Assembly (NCBI GenBank): GCA_048938005.1
Contig: JBHLMQ010000022.1
Location: forward strand, 1 to 45,264
Length of the DNA: 45,264 bases
Direction of reading: 5' to 3'
From: Promethearchaeota archaeon
Lineage (GTDB): Archaea; Asgardarchaeota; Lokiarchaeia; Sigyniarchaeales; SOKP01
Shown: one piece after another, positions 28,149 through 38,215 of the stretch
How positions within the stretch are numbered: position 1 is the first letter of the stretch
Layout of the letters: the number at the start of each line of letters is the position of its first letter
Made by a program: the position numbers and the translations under genes
The notes under the pieces: model-generated
What the model was told of the DNA's origin: nothing
Databases searched by the model: none
Seen by the model: the letters and a program-made list of their open reading frames with translations, nothing else

Positions 28149-28649
28149 TTAAGTACAACTTATTAATTGAAATGGACGGACTTTAAGATATTCATCAAAT
28201 TTTTTTTGATTGAGATAATTCTCCATAATTTGTTTTAAAATCTCTTCCATTGTACCAATCCCTAAAATTAATCCATCCATATCTTTTGTTAAAAGTAGCA
28301 TATAGTTTGAAGTAGTTTCTAAATAAAAGCAACCAGAGGAAATTTCTAAGTTATAAAGATTCTTTATAATTTGATTTGTCTTTTTAACAATATCATTTGT
28401 AGTGAATAAAATGATTAAATATTCATCAGTATAAGCCTTTTCTATATAACTGTCTCTTATTCCGGCAGCATGTAAAGTTGTTTTTGTATATGACTTAAAT
28501 AAATACTGTAGTTGTGTTAATTCTTTTCGAAATTTACTTTTATTATGAAAGAAAATGAATTCATTAGTTAACTGTAAAGGTTCTTCATCGAAATATGTTA
28601 TCTTTAGAGTTTTTTTTTCAAATTTAAATTCTTTGAGGAAATCTGACAT
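28149..28649 (-). CDS. Hypothetical protein resembling glycoside hydrolase family 20 domain 2 (non-catalytic)
   Basis: GCFYLETTSNYMLLLTKDMDGLILGIGTMEEIL resembles EGYxLxV...I.a....Gl.yg.qTL.QL. ATG 28649 is preferred. Confidence 0.55.
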   Translation of the reverse strand: MSDFLKEFKFEKKTLKITYFDEEPLQLTNEFIFFHNKSKFRKELTQLQYLFKSYTKTTLHAAGIRDSYIEKAYTDEYLIILFTTNDIVKKTNQIIKNLYNLEISSGCFYLETTSNYMLLLTKDMDGLILGIGTMEEILKQIMENYLNQKKFDEYLKVRPFQLISCT

Positions 28650-28758
28650 TTTACATGGTATATTCAATAGAATTATTTAATTATAGTTAATTTCATTTAA
28701 TAAAAAAACTTCATGATTTTAGGTTATAGGTTAAAGTTAAGAAATAAATACAGAACTC

Positions 28759-29748
28759 ATGAAATTAGGAACAATTAATTTGGAAAATAGATATATTTTA
28801 GCTCCAATGCTCAATGTTACTACGCCACCATTTAGGAGATTTTGTAGAAAATTTCAAAAAATAGGATTAGTAAGCGTGCCAATGTTATATACAAAAAAAA
28901 TTGAAAAAAATCCCAAATCTATAGAAAAAGATTTATATAAGATTGAAGAAGAACACCCTATAAGTGTACAGTTAATTGGTTCTGATTCAGAAGCTCTGAA
29001 AAAGACAATAGATTATCTTGAAAGCTACAAATTTGATGTATTAGATTTAAATGCAGGATGCCCATCTAAAAGAGCGATTAAAGCTAAGGAGGGTGGGTAC
29101 TTAATGAAAGATATGAAAAATTTGAAATTATTCATTAAAACAGCAGTAAAATACTCAACTAAACCAATCTCTCTTAAAATTAGAACCGGTTATGAAAAAC
29201 CTTTTAATGTTGAAGAGATGGCAAAGATGATAAATGAATCTGGAATAGATTTTTTAATTATTCATGCTCGAACTGTTAAAAACATATATTCTCAAGGAAT
29301 ATTGGACTTAAACACTGTGAAGAAATTAAAAGAGCGTTTAGCAATTCCAGTGGTTGGAAATGGTGATATTATCAATCCTATGAGTGCTAAGAATTTTATA
29401 GATAATACTAATGTTGATGCATTTATGATTGGAAGAGAGTCTATAGGTAATCCCGAAATTTTCAACCAAATTCATGAATATTTAGTAAATAATAAAATAG
29501 TTTCTTTAAGAAACAATTTAGAAACTATTAAAAAAAAAGTTGAAATATATGAGAATATAATTGATAAATTCCTTGATGGAATTTCGCATCCAATTGGCAA
29601 TAATCAATTTAAATTTATTGAATTGAAAAGAAATGCAATCTGGTTAACTAAAAATATTGATAATTCAAAAACAATAAGAAGTCAAATAAGTATTACCAAA
29701 GATCTAGAGCAATTTAAAGAAATATTAAGTATTTATTTCAATTCTTAA
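28759..29748 (+). CDS. dus: tRNA-dihydrouridine synthase family protein
   Basis: LAPM, VQLIG, DLNAGCP (catalytic Cys), KIRTG, IHART, GNGDI and MIGR. Confidence 0.92.
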   Translation: MKLGTINLENRYILAPMLNVTTPPFRRFCRKFQKIGLVSVPMLYTKKIEKNPKSIEKDLYKIEEEHPISVQLIGSDSEALKKTIDYLESYKFDVLDLNAGCPSKRAIKAKEGGYLMKDMKNLKLFIKTAVKYSTKPISLKIRTGYEKPFNVEEMAKMINESGIDFLIIHARTVKNIYSQGILDLNTVKKLKERLAIPVVGNGDIINPMSAKNFIDNTNVDAFMIGRESIGNPEIFNQIHEYLVNNKIVSLRNNLETIKKKVEIYENIIDKFLDGISHPIGNNQFKFIELKRNAIWLTKNIDNSKTIRSQISITKDLEQFKEILSIYFNS

Positions 29749-29799
29749 TCTAAAGTTGGTAAATAAAAGTGTAAACGTATAATATTATTTAATTATACT

Positions 29800-30027
29800 T
29801 TAAATTTTTTTGATAAAATATAACGCTATTAATAAACATGCTAATACTCCAGCTATAATAGAAGAAACTATCAATATTAAACCAATTATTTCAATAGCAG
29901 ATAAAAACAGAGGACTTCCAGTATAATATGTATTTGCAACAATTGAAATAATAATAAAGATAATTAGACATAACACAGTTAATACTAGACAAAGTAATCC
30001 TATTTGAAGATATTTTTTTCTTTCCAT
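29800..30027 (-). CDS. Small two-TM membrane protein
   Basis: 75 aa with two long hydrophobic helices, 44 bp downstream of mtnA. Confidence 0.6.
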   Translation of the reverse strand: MERKKYLQIGLLCLVLTVLCLIIFIIISIVANTYYTGSPLFLSAIEIIGLILIVSSIIAGVLACLLIALYFIKKI

Positions 30028-30071
30028 CAGATAAACCTTAAAAAATGTGTATAGAAAATAATTTAAAATGA

Positions 30072-31091
30072 TTATTTATATTTTTTCAAAAGTTCCTCTG
30101 GTTTATAGACACCATGCTCAGTGATAATTCCTGTAACGAGCTTAAAAGGTGTTATGTCAAAGGCATAATTTAAACAATCAACACCATCTGGAACAATTTG
30201 AACCTTTCCTAAGATATTTCGAACTTCTGCGGTATCTCTTTGTTCAATTGTAACATCATTAACAGTTTCATGAAGAGATAAAGTAGAAGTAGGGGCTGCT
30301 ACATAAAAAGGGATATCATTATCTTTGGCAGCTAAAGCAACCAAGTAGGTACCAATTTTGTTAAAAACAGCATCAGAAGTAATTCGGTCTGTTCCAACAA
30401 TTACTTTATTTATTTTACCAAGCCTCATTAATAATCCGGAAGATGTATCAGAAATTACCTTTACTGGAATTTTATCATACTGCAATTCATAAGCAGTTAA
30501 TCTAGCTCCCTGTAATCTGGGTCTAGTCTCATCAGCAATCACACTAATTTTTTTACCAGCTTCTATTGCAGCTCTTACAGGTGCAAGAGCAGTTCCATAT
30601 TGAACAGTTGCTAGTGAACCAGCATTACAATGTGTTAATATAACATCTCCATCTTCTAATAATGTTGCTCCATGTTTGCCAATATTTTTGTTAACATTGA
30701 TATCTTCTTGAGCCATTAATTTGGCTTCTTCTATCACAAGTTCAGAAATATTTGATGGATTATCTGGATAAGAACTAGCTATTTTCCATATTCTATCGAC
30801 AGCCCAAAAGAGATTTGAAGCAGTTGGTCTTGTTTTTCTAATAATTTCAGCTGCTTCTTCCATATTTTTAAGAAATTCTGATTTTGGAAGTTCTTTATAT
30901 TCAATTGTAGCCAAAGCCATACCCATAGCTGCTGCAACCCCAATTGCTGGCGCACCACGAATATTCATTACTTTTATCGCTGTTGCCACATCTCTAAAAT
31001 TATCAAACTCAAGGAATTCGAGTTTGTGAGGAAGTTGCGTTTGATCAATCATTTTTACTTTATTATCAATCCATTCAATAGAAGGAATCAT
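30072..31091 (-). CDS. mtnA: S-methyl-5-thioribose-1-phosphate isomerase (eIF2B-related family)
   Basis: IDQTQLP, IRGAPAIG, RPTASNL, THCNAGSLAT, ETRPRLQGARLT, NKIGTY and FDITP. Confidence 0.93.
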   Translation of the reverse strand: MIPSIEWIDNKVKMIDQTQLPHKLEFLEFDNFRDVATAIKVMNIRGAPAIGVAAAMGMALATIEYKELPKSEFLKNMEEAAEIIRKTRPTASNLFWAVDRIWKIASSYPDNPSNISELVIEEAKLMAQEDINVNKNIGKHGATLLEDGDVILTHCNAGSLATVQYGTALAPVRAAIEAGKKISVIADETRPRLQGARLTAYELQYDKIPVKVISDTSSGLLMRLGKINKVIVGTDRITSDAVFNKIGTYLVALAAKDNDIPFYVAAPTSTLSLHETVNDVTIEQRDTAEVRNILGKVQIVPDGVDCLNYAFDITPFKLVTGIITEHGVYKPEELLKKYK

Positions 31092-31172
31092 AAATATTTA
31101 GAATATTTCAAACTTTTAAAAATTTAGATTTGAAATTAAATAATAACTTATTTTATAGTAATTTGAGATTGT

Positions 31173-32039
31173 ATGAATTTAACAAAATCTCCCATAATTT
31201 CTTGTAGTCGGAGGACGGATATACCTACGTTTTTAATGGATTGGGTAATTGAAAAAATTCAATTAGGTTATGTTGATGTAGTGAATCCATTTAACAGAAA
31301 ACAAATATCCCGAGTCTCCTTAAAACCGGAGGATGTTAAATGTTGGGTTTGGTGGTCCAAAAATTTTGCTAAATGGATAGAATGTTATAACCGGAATAAA
31401 GATTTATTCAAATTATATAAAGGTCATTCTTTTCAATTTACAATTAATTCCCCTTCTGAATTAGAAAAAAATATAACAATTTCTTTAGAAGATAGGTTTA
31501 AACAACTGAATTGGCTTATAAAAGAATTTGGTTTATTACCAATTAATTTCAGGTTTGATCCAATAATACTGTATAAAAAACATAATTCTAATAAAATAAA
31601 AAGTAATTTAGATAAGTTTGAATATATTATTGAAAATGTTTCTGCCCTTGGCTTGAAGGAAATGATCTTTTCATTCGCTACAATTTATTCTAAAGTAAAC
31701 ATAAGAATGAATGCTCGAGGTTACATGCCAATTGATCCACCTATAAGAAAAAAAAAGGAAATCCTCGCAAAATTGATCGAGATTTGTTCAAGGAATAATA
31801 TTAAAATGAAAGCTTGTTGCCAACCAGACTTACTTAAAATAGATGGTATCGAACAAGCACATTGTATTGATGCATATAAAATTGAAAAAATAGTAGGTGA
31901 ACCAATCCCTAAATTACGGGATACTGGGCAACGGAAAGATTGTGGATGTTTTAAATCGAAAGATATTGGAGCATATACTGGAATTTTTCGATGTAAAAAT
32001 AATTGTGATTATTGTTATGCTTCACCTGCTAAAACATAG
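31173..32039 (+). CDS. DUF1848-family protein (radical-SAM-like, C-terminal Cys cluster)
   Basis: IISCSRRTDIP, VNPFN, WSKN, RFDPI, QRKDCGCFKSKDIG and CKNNCDYCYA. Confidence 0.85.
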   Translation: MNLTKSPIISCSRRTDIPTFLMDWVIEKIQLGYVDVVNPFNRKQISRVSLKPEDVKCWVWWSKNFAKWIECYNRNKDLFKLYKGHSFQFTINSPSELEKNITISLEDRFKQLNWLIKEFGLLPINFRFDPIILYKKHNSNKIKSNLDKFEYIIENVSALGLKEMIFSFATIYSKVNIRMNARGYMPIDPPIRKKKEILAKLIEICSRNNIKMKACCQPDLLKIDGIEQAHCIDAYKIEKIVGEPIPKLRDTGQRKDCGCFKSKDIGAYTGIFRCKNNCDYCYASPAKT

Positions 32040-32174
32040 AATTATAAATTTTTATAAAATCTAATATATTGAATACTAAAGAAAAACCAAAATAAATGTA
32101 AATATAAAAGAATTCATATCTTATATGATAATAATATTAGATTTTAGGTTCTAATCAATAGAAAGGTAAAATTT

Positions 32175-33053
32175 ATGCCAAAATGTAAATTTTATATAGT
32201 AGATGTGTTTGCTGAAAGAAAGTTCGAAGGGAATCAACTCGCCGTTTTCATTTGTGAAGATGTGCTCTTCGAAGCTGAAATGCAAAAAATTGCTAAAGAA
32301 ATGAACTATTCTGAAACAACTTTTATTACTTCAAAAGAAAATTATGATGTTCGTATTTTTACGCCTGAAGTAGAGTTGCCATTTGCGGGACATCCGACAA
32401 TAGGAACTGCTTTTGTGATTCAACAAGAATTAATTAAAGGAAATGTTAAAACAATCTTACTTAATCTTAAGATTGGTCCAATCCCCGTATTATTTAAATA
32501 TAAATCAGGAAAAGTTGATGTTATATGGATGGAGCAAAACCCCCCAACATTCACTAGATTTTTTGATACAGAGCTAATCTCACAGATATTAAATCTAAAG
32601 GAGAGCGAGATAGATGATAGATTTCCAATTCAAGAAGTATCTACAGGAGCACCTTTTATTATTGTTCCATTAAAAAGTTTAGATGCTTTGAAACGAGCTA
32701 AAGTAGATGTAGAGAAATCTCTTGATCTATTGGAAAATACTGAAGCAAAATCAATATTAATTTTCTGTCCTGAAACACGGATTAAAGGAAATGAATTGAG
32801 TGTCCGAGTTTTTGCTCATTATCATGGAGTACCAGAAGATCCAGCAACAGGCTCAGGAAATGGGTGTCTTGCAGCATATTTGGTGAAACATAAATATTTT
32901 ATCAAAAATCGAATTGATATTAAAGTTGAACAGGGTTACGAGGTAGGACGCCCCTCATTACTTTACTTAAGAGCAGAAGAAAGTGTTGGAGGCGAGATCA
33001 GTGTGTCTGTAGGAGGAAAATCTCATATTGTTGCGAAAGGAGAATTAGTATAA
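32175..33053 (+). CDS. PhzF-family isomerase/epimerase
   Basis: VDVF...GNQLAV, NYSETTF, RIFTP..ELPFAGHPT, EDPATGS and EQGYEVGRPS. Confidence 0.93.
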   Translation: MPKCKFYIVDVFAERKFEGNQLAVFICEDVLFEAEMQKIAKEMNYSETTFITSKENYDVRIFTPEVELPFAGHPTIGTAFVIQQELIKGNVKTILLNLKIGPIPVLFKYKSGKVDVIWMEQNPPTFTRFFDTELISQILNLKESEIDDRFPIQEVSTGAPFIIVPLKSLDALKRAKVDVEKSLDLLENTEAKSILIFCPETRIKGNELSVRVFAHYHGVPEDPATGSGNGCLAAYLVKHKYFIKNRIDIKVEQGYEVGRPSLLYLRAEESVGGEISVSVGGKSHIVAKGELV

Positions 33054-33073
33054 ACAAAAATAAATTAGCTCTT

Positions 33074-35044
33074 TTAGAGTGAAAAAACCTTTTTTGTTAT
33101 ATTATTTACAAAATTTCTTATTTTTTCTTCAGTTCTAGTTTTTGGAAGAAATAAAGTACCATTGTGAGTATAACCTAGAAGCTTATTAATCATTGATCTA
33201 GGTTTTATACTAATTTTTTCAATTGTTTTTAGCAAACAGGCGACATCAGTTTTATCATTTTCAATACTAAAACTCACTCTTAGTGTCCCAGGAAGGCACA
33301 TTTTCGTTATTTTTGGAATTATGATTGATGTCATTCTTGCCCCAATGATTCTAATTTGTTGAATTTTAAGAATTTTTTGAATTAATAGATGTGCACAAAA
33401 ACACCCATTACGAACGCCAATTCCTCCATATTCGGCAAGTTCTTTTGCCGCAAGATTATGTGGAACATCTTTCAAATTGAAAGAGATGATGCAACCACGA
33501 CTGTTAAATTTAATTGAACTCGGGCTTTTAACACCAAAAATTTCTACATCGTTTATCTTATTTAGGCCTTTTAGAGCAATCCGAGTTAATTCTTTTTCAT
33601 AATCTTCAATCACATCAATACCAATTCTTTCTAAAAGTAAGATTGCTTTTCCAAGAGTGGCAATACCAATAACATTTTCGTTACCAGATGATTTAATTTT
33701 ATTTATTTCATTAGTATTATATGGTAAATTGCCTTTCTTTACTATTAAAACTCCGCAACCAAACGGCGCATAGGATTTATGTCCTGAAAAAACAAAAAAG
33801 TCAATATTAATATCAGAAATGTCAACCTTATGATGTGCTACCATTTGAGCCCCATCAACAAGTAGCTTAGCTCCATATTCATGGACAATCTGACTAATTG
33901 ATTGGAGATCATTGCAGGTACCTAGAACATTAGAAGCACCACTCACTGCAACAATTTGTATCCGTTCAATTCCATATTTATGATCCTGATTATAATCACG
34001 AAGAATATCCTCTAATTCTTTCAAATCTATAAAGCCCTCGACATTGGCAGAAATTCTAATTAATGAGGCACCTGGAATATAGCGGAATGGAAGTTCATTG
34101 GAGTGGTGCTCCACTTCAGTATTAACAATAACAAGCTTAGTATGTTTTTTAGATAGTCTGGTTAGGCTACGAGCTACAATATTTATAGCTTCAGTTGTGT
34201 TTGATGTAAAAATTATGTCATATTTTTCTTCGGGAGCATTTAAAAACTTAGCAATGATTTTTCTAACTTCATTTATAATTTCTATGTGTCTTTCTTCTGG
34301 TTGCCGTAAAACTTGACAAAAAGTATTCCAAATGGGTAAAAATGAAGGTGTACTTGCTGCGTTATCTAAATTAATAAACTTTTTTCTACCTTGTTTAGTC
34401 GGAACTTTCACATCATTTCCGATCAATGATTTCTGAAGTTTAAATAACAATTCCTCTCCAGAATATTCGACAAACTCGTCTTGATATAATATATCTCTTG
34501 ATGACTTTATCCAATTAACTAGTTTTCTTTTAAATATCTTATCAGAATTTTTGATCGATTGGAGTACTATAGCAAATGCGATCACATTCACTATATTAGG
34601 TGTACCTGCCTCAAATCTTTCTGGGAGATCTGCCCATACAACATAGTTAGAAGTGACATGCTTAATCATCCCCCCACCTGTATAAATTACAGCACATTTT
34701 CGAAGTTTTTTTTTCTTAACCGCAATTGCTCTTACCCCTAATGGTAAACTAAAATCTCTGGTTGATAGAATGTGATAATGTTTAGAATTGAGTTGTGTCC
34801 TAAATATTTTACTTCTTAGAGGACTACAAAAAAAAACAACATACTTATTTTTATTTAATTGGAGGTATTGAAGAATACTTTTCCTAGCCTGTTCATATAA
34901 AGCAGTAGTTACCATTGAATTATGACCTGTACCTCTATGAACATTTGAATATGTTTCCAATGCCATGTATATTGCTCTTTCTAACTTATTGAAAGCTTCT
35001 GAAGTTTCTTTCTCTGAGTTATCCATCTTTGAAATATAATTCAT
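33074..35044 (-). CDS. Class V PLP enzyme (SufS/cysteine desulfurase-like) with a partial duplicated N-terminal module
   Basis: LDNAAST, NTTEAIN, EHHSN, DGAQ, SGHK (PLP Lys) and RNGCFCAH. The extra ~190-aa N-terminus has YSNVHRG and GGGMI...FEAGTPN. ATG 35044 lies 1 nt after the upstream TAG. Confidence 0.88.
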   Translation of the reverse strand: MNYISKMDNSEKETSEAFNKLERAIYMALETYSNVHRGTGHNSMVTTALYEQARKSILQYLQLNKNKYVVFFCSPLRSKIFRTQLNSKHYHILSTRDFSLPLGVRAIAVKKKKLRKCAVIYTGGGMIKHVTSNYVVWADLPERFEAGTPNIVNVIAFAIVLQSIKNSDKIFKRKLVNWIKSSRDILYQDEFVEYSGEELLFKLQKSLIGNDVKVPTKQGRKKFINLDNAASTPSFLPIWNTFCQVLRQPEERHIEIINEVRKIIAKFLNAPEEKYDIIFTSNTTEAINIVARSLTRLSKKHTKLVIVNTEVEHHSNELPFRYIPGASLIRISANVEGFIDLKELEDILRDYNQDHKYGIERIQIVAVSGASNVLGTCNDLQSISQIVHEYGAKLLVDGAQMVAHHKVDISDINIDFFVFSGHKSYAPFGCGVLIVKKGNLPYNTNEINKIKSSGNENVIGIATLGKAILLLERIGIDVIEDYEKELTRIALKGLNKINDVEIFGVKSPSSIKFNSRGCIISFNLKDVPHNLAAKELAEYGGIGVRNGCFCAHLLIQKILKIQQIRIIGARMTSIIIPKITKMCLPGTLRVSFSIENDKTDVACLLKTIEKISIKPRSMINKLLGYTHNGTLFLPKTRTEEKIRNFVNNITKKVFSL

Positions 35045-35045
35045 T

Positions 35046-36596
35046 CTATCGCGAGAGATTTTTAATTTCAAATAAGCATGTTGGATCAGATGTTATATTA
35101 CTACCAGATGATATAAAAGCTTTTGCTCTACAACCACCACATATACTCTTATAATTACATTTACCACATTGACCTTCGTATTTCAAACTACGATATTGAT
35201 TCAGAACTGGAGAACCAAGCCAAATTTTTTGAACATGATGTTTTTTAACATTTCCAAGAATAGTAGGATTAAGAGGGCAAGGTGTAACATCTCCATTTGA
35301 TTTAATATGCATAGTAAAAACTCCACACTCACATCCAGTAATAAATGGAGAAAAGGGACTTTGTTTGCTAAACACACCACTACTTAATCTTTCAGAAAAG
35401 TTAAAGTAAGATAATGCTTCTCTTGAAAAAATACTTTTAAAAAAGGGAGCTATTATTACTTTTGGAAATCTTTGAGCTAAAATCCTTGCAAAAATAGGAT
35501 TTTTATAAGAAAGCGTTAATGGATAACCTTCTTCAATAAGCTTTTGCCAAATGTCACATAAAATAACACTAAACTTTTCAATCTGGAGCGGAGATAATGT
35601 TATATGAGCCTTACTAGAAGCTCTCCCAGAGGGAACAAAATCAATAATTTCAAATTTTTGAACTTTTAAGGACTTAGCTAAATCAACTAATTCATAAATT
35701 TGATGAACATTTTGTTTAGTAATTGTTGTCCCTATACATGTATACAGTCCCTCATTTAAGCAATTTTTAATAGCTGATATCGCTTTATCATAAGTATCTT
35801 TACCACGTATTTGTTCATGAACATCTCGTAATCCATCAATGCTTACTTGAACATAACCTACTCCAATATTTTTTAATTCCTTGGCCATTTGTGCTGTAAT
35901 TAAGGTTCCATTAGACGCTAGAGCAACGTTAATATTCTTATTAACCGCATATCTCATAAGATCAAAGATATCATTCCGAAGAAGTGCTTCACCACCAAAA
36001 AATATTAGAATGAAATTTTTTGCTTCTGATAATTGGTCAATTATAGTACAAGCTTCGTCGTAGGGCATGTCCTTCGAATCTTGGTCGACATAACAATGAT
36101 TACAATTCAAATTACACTTATGAGTAACTGACCAAAACACAACTGGAGGTCCAATAGGGATAGTTGGCATCTTGAAGCCATACATACCAATCCCTTCAAT
36201 ATAGGATAAAGCTAGCCGTTTTAAGGGTTCGTTTTTTTTTAATATTTCTGGGAATCTTTTTTTTGGTATGTTTAAACTTCGACTTACAGCATTCAAAACG
36301 AAGGAAATCAGACGTGTAAAAAAGATAACTTTATATTTACAGTTCTTACAATTATTTTTTTTATCTATATAATAATCTATAAAGGTTTCAGAAAACTTTC
36401 GTCCACAAGAAGGACACTGCTTATTAAATAGATGAAAGAATTTAGTAATACGAAATTTATTTATTATATTCCAAATTAAGAGGTCTAATTTTATACCTTT
36501 TGTTTTAACTTTGGTATCTGAAATTCTTTCCGGAAATTCTTTAGTTTTTATTTCTGGTAAAATAAGATCCTCTGTTTTTGAATAGATTTTTACCAA
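35046..36596 (-). CDS. Radical SAM/SPASM-domain protein
   Basis: CNLNCNHC, GGEALL, SNG, VSIDG and a SPASM region GCECG...PCP...CGKCNYKSICGGCRA...DPTC. The N-terminus has CPSC...CKNC. Confidence 0.92.
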   Translation of the reverse strand: MVKIYSKTEDLILPEIKTKEFPERISDTKVKTKGIKLDLLIWNIINKFRITKFFHLFNKQCPSCGRKFSETFIDYYIDKKNNCKNCKYKVIFFTRLISFVLNAVSRSLNIPKKRFPEILKKNEPLKRLALSYIEGIGMYGFKMPTIPIGPPVVFWSVTHKCNLNCNHCYVDQDSKDMPYDEACTIIDQLSEAKNFILIFFGGEALLRNDIFDLMRYAVNKNINVALASNGTLITAQMAKELKNIGVGYVQVSIDGLRDVHEQIRGKDTYDKAISAIKNCLNEGLYTCIGTTITKQNVHQIYELVDLAKSLKVQKFEIIDFVPSGRASSKAHITLSPLQIEKFSVILCDIWQKLIEEGYPLTLSYKNPIFARILAQRFPKVIIAPFFKSIFSREALSYFNFSERLSSGVFSKQSPFSPFITGCECGVFTMHIKSNGDVTPCPLNPTILGNVKKHHVQKIWLGSPVLNQYRSLKYEGQCGKCNYKSICGGCRAKAFISSGSNITSDPTCLFEIKNLSR

Positions 36597-36793
36597 GTAT
36601 TATCCCCAAAAAATATTAATAATATTTATTGCGTTCATTATTTTAATTATCCTCTTATAAAAAATAATTTCATAAAAAAATACAATTCTGTAGAAAAGAT
36701 TAGAAATTTCTTTTAGACTTATTCTTATTCACAATAATTTTTTTATTTGATAAAAGCAAAAAATAACATATAATTAATAAACAGTGGAAAAAA

Positions 36794-38167
36794 ATGAAAA
36801 TAGCTTTTATGCAATTAAGTAGCTGTTGGGGTTGCCATCAGAGTCTTTTAAATGCGCACCTTGGACTATTAACTGCATTACCGGAGTTGGAAATCGTATA
36901 TTGGCCAGCAGTAGTGGATCTTAAACTCGATTCTTTAAAGGATAGGAAAGATGGAGAAATTGATGTTGGTTTTATTGAGGGTATCGCAAGAACAGATCAT
37001 GAAGTTGAGAATTTAAAACTTATGAGGGATAAATGTAAAATTATTTCCACATTTGGAACTTGTGCTTGTATGGGGGGTATATTTGGATTAGCTGAAAATT
37101 TTATAAAGGAAGAATTACTTCGACGGAAATTTATAGAAGCTGAATCTATAACCGATGAGAACCCGAAGATCCCTACAGTAAATGTTCCTAAAATAGTAGA
37201 GAAACTTAAAGGTGCTGATGAGATCGTTAAAGTTGATGCATATATGTTAGGCTGTCCTCCACGGACAGAGCGTTTAGTAAGTAATATTTTATATTTTTTA
37301 GGACAAAAACCATTTCCTATGAAAGAATCAGCTTTCTGTAATGAATGTAACCTAAATGAGTCCGGATGCTTATTGGATTCTGGGAATCTATGTTTTGGCC
37401 CAATTACGAGTAAAGGATGTACTCAGAGATGTACAGATAAAGATAATCCATGTATAGGCTGTCTTGGGCCTTCTAAGACTGTATCTCCAAGAATTGAGAA
37501 ATTAAAAGAGTATAGTAATAATTTGGAAAATCTTAATTCTGGTAATATGCGAGTTTTGAAAGAATTTTTTGCCTTATTCGTAAATATTCCAATGCTTACT
37601 AGCCTTATTCCAGTTGGACCTGTTTTGCCGGAAATGCCTTCAAGTTCAGAAGAAATTGTAACTACGATTGTAAAATTTTTGAGAGACCCCCAATTTCCAA
37701 AAAACATGAAATGGCTTACAGATTGGCATTCCCTCTCATCAGTTTGCGATACTTGTTCAAGAATAAGAGGTAGGGTAGAAATGACAAGAATAAAACGAGA
37801 TTACGAGGGCTTACCAAATGAAGAAGATTGTTTAATTGAACAAGGATATATTTGTTTAGGACCCGTAACTAATGCGGGATGTGGAGCTGCGTGTATTAAA
37901 GTAAATGCACCATGTGCAGGTTGTTATGGTCCTTTAAAGTGGGGACCACCCTCAATAATTAAATCACCGGGAAGATTTGCACCTTCTTATTTTGCAGAAA
38001 CTGTAATTCAGAATTTCAATACAAGTTTGACCAAAGAAGAAATGCTTTCTCAGATAAAAGATCATAATGGCATTTTTGAAAGATTTAAGATGGCAAAAAA
38101 TCCCTTCTTTAAAGGAGGATACAAAGGTAAATACATTGATCAATGGTGGCTTGAGAAAAAAGAATAA
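36794..38167 (+). CDS. mvhG: Group 3 [NiFe]-hydrogenase small subunit (MvhG/VhuG-like) with duplicated C-terminal Fe-S domain
   Basis: CWGC, EG, GTCA..GG and GCPP, followed by two copies of C-x2-C...CL...C.GP.T..GC...C....PC.GC.GP. Confidence 0.82.
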   Translation: MKIAFMQLSSCWGCHQSLLNAHLGLLTALPELEIVYWPAVVDLKLDSLKDRKDGEIDVGFIEGIARTDHEVENLKLMRDKCKIISTFGTCACMGGIFGLAENFIKEELLRRKFIEAESITDENPKIPTVNVPKIVEKLKGADEIVKVDAYMLGCPPRTERLVSNILYFLGQKPFPMKESAFCNECNLNESGCLLDSGNLCFGPITSKGCTQRCTDKDNPCIGCLGPSKTVSPRIEKLKEYSNNLENLNSGNMRVLKEFFALFVNIPMLTSLIPVGPVLPEMPSSSEEIVTTIVKFLRDPQFPKNMKWLTDWHSLSSVCDTCSRIRGRVEMTRIKRDYEGLPNEEDCLIEQGYICLGPVTNAGCGAACIKVNAPCAGCYGPLKWGPPSIIKSPGRFAPSYFAETVIQNFNTSLTKEEMLSQIKDHNGIFERFKMAKNPFFKGGYKGKYIDQWWLEKKE

Positions 38168-38215
38168 ATAAGCTATCTTATTTTTATCATTTATAACTAA
38201 GAGGGATCCCTTAAT

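Noticed and set aside
30072-31091. Eukaryote-like eIF2B subunit
   Set aside because: The MtnA-specific motifs (DQT.LP, HCNAG.LAT, QGARLT) are intact, so a metabolic isomerase is the simpler call.
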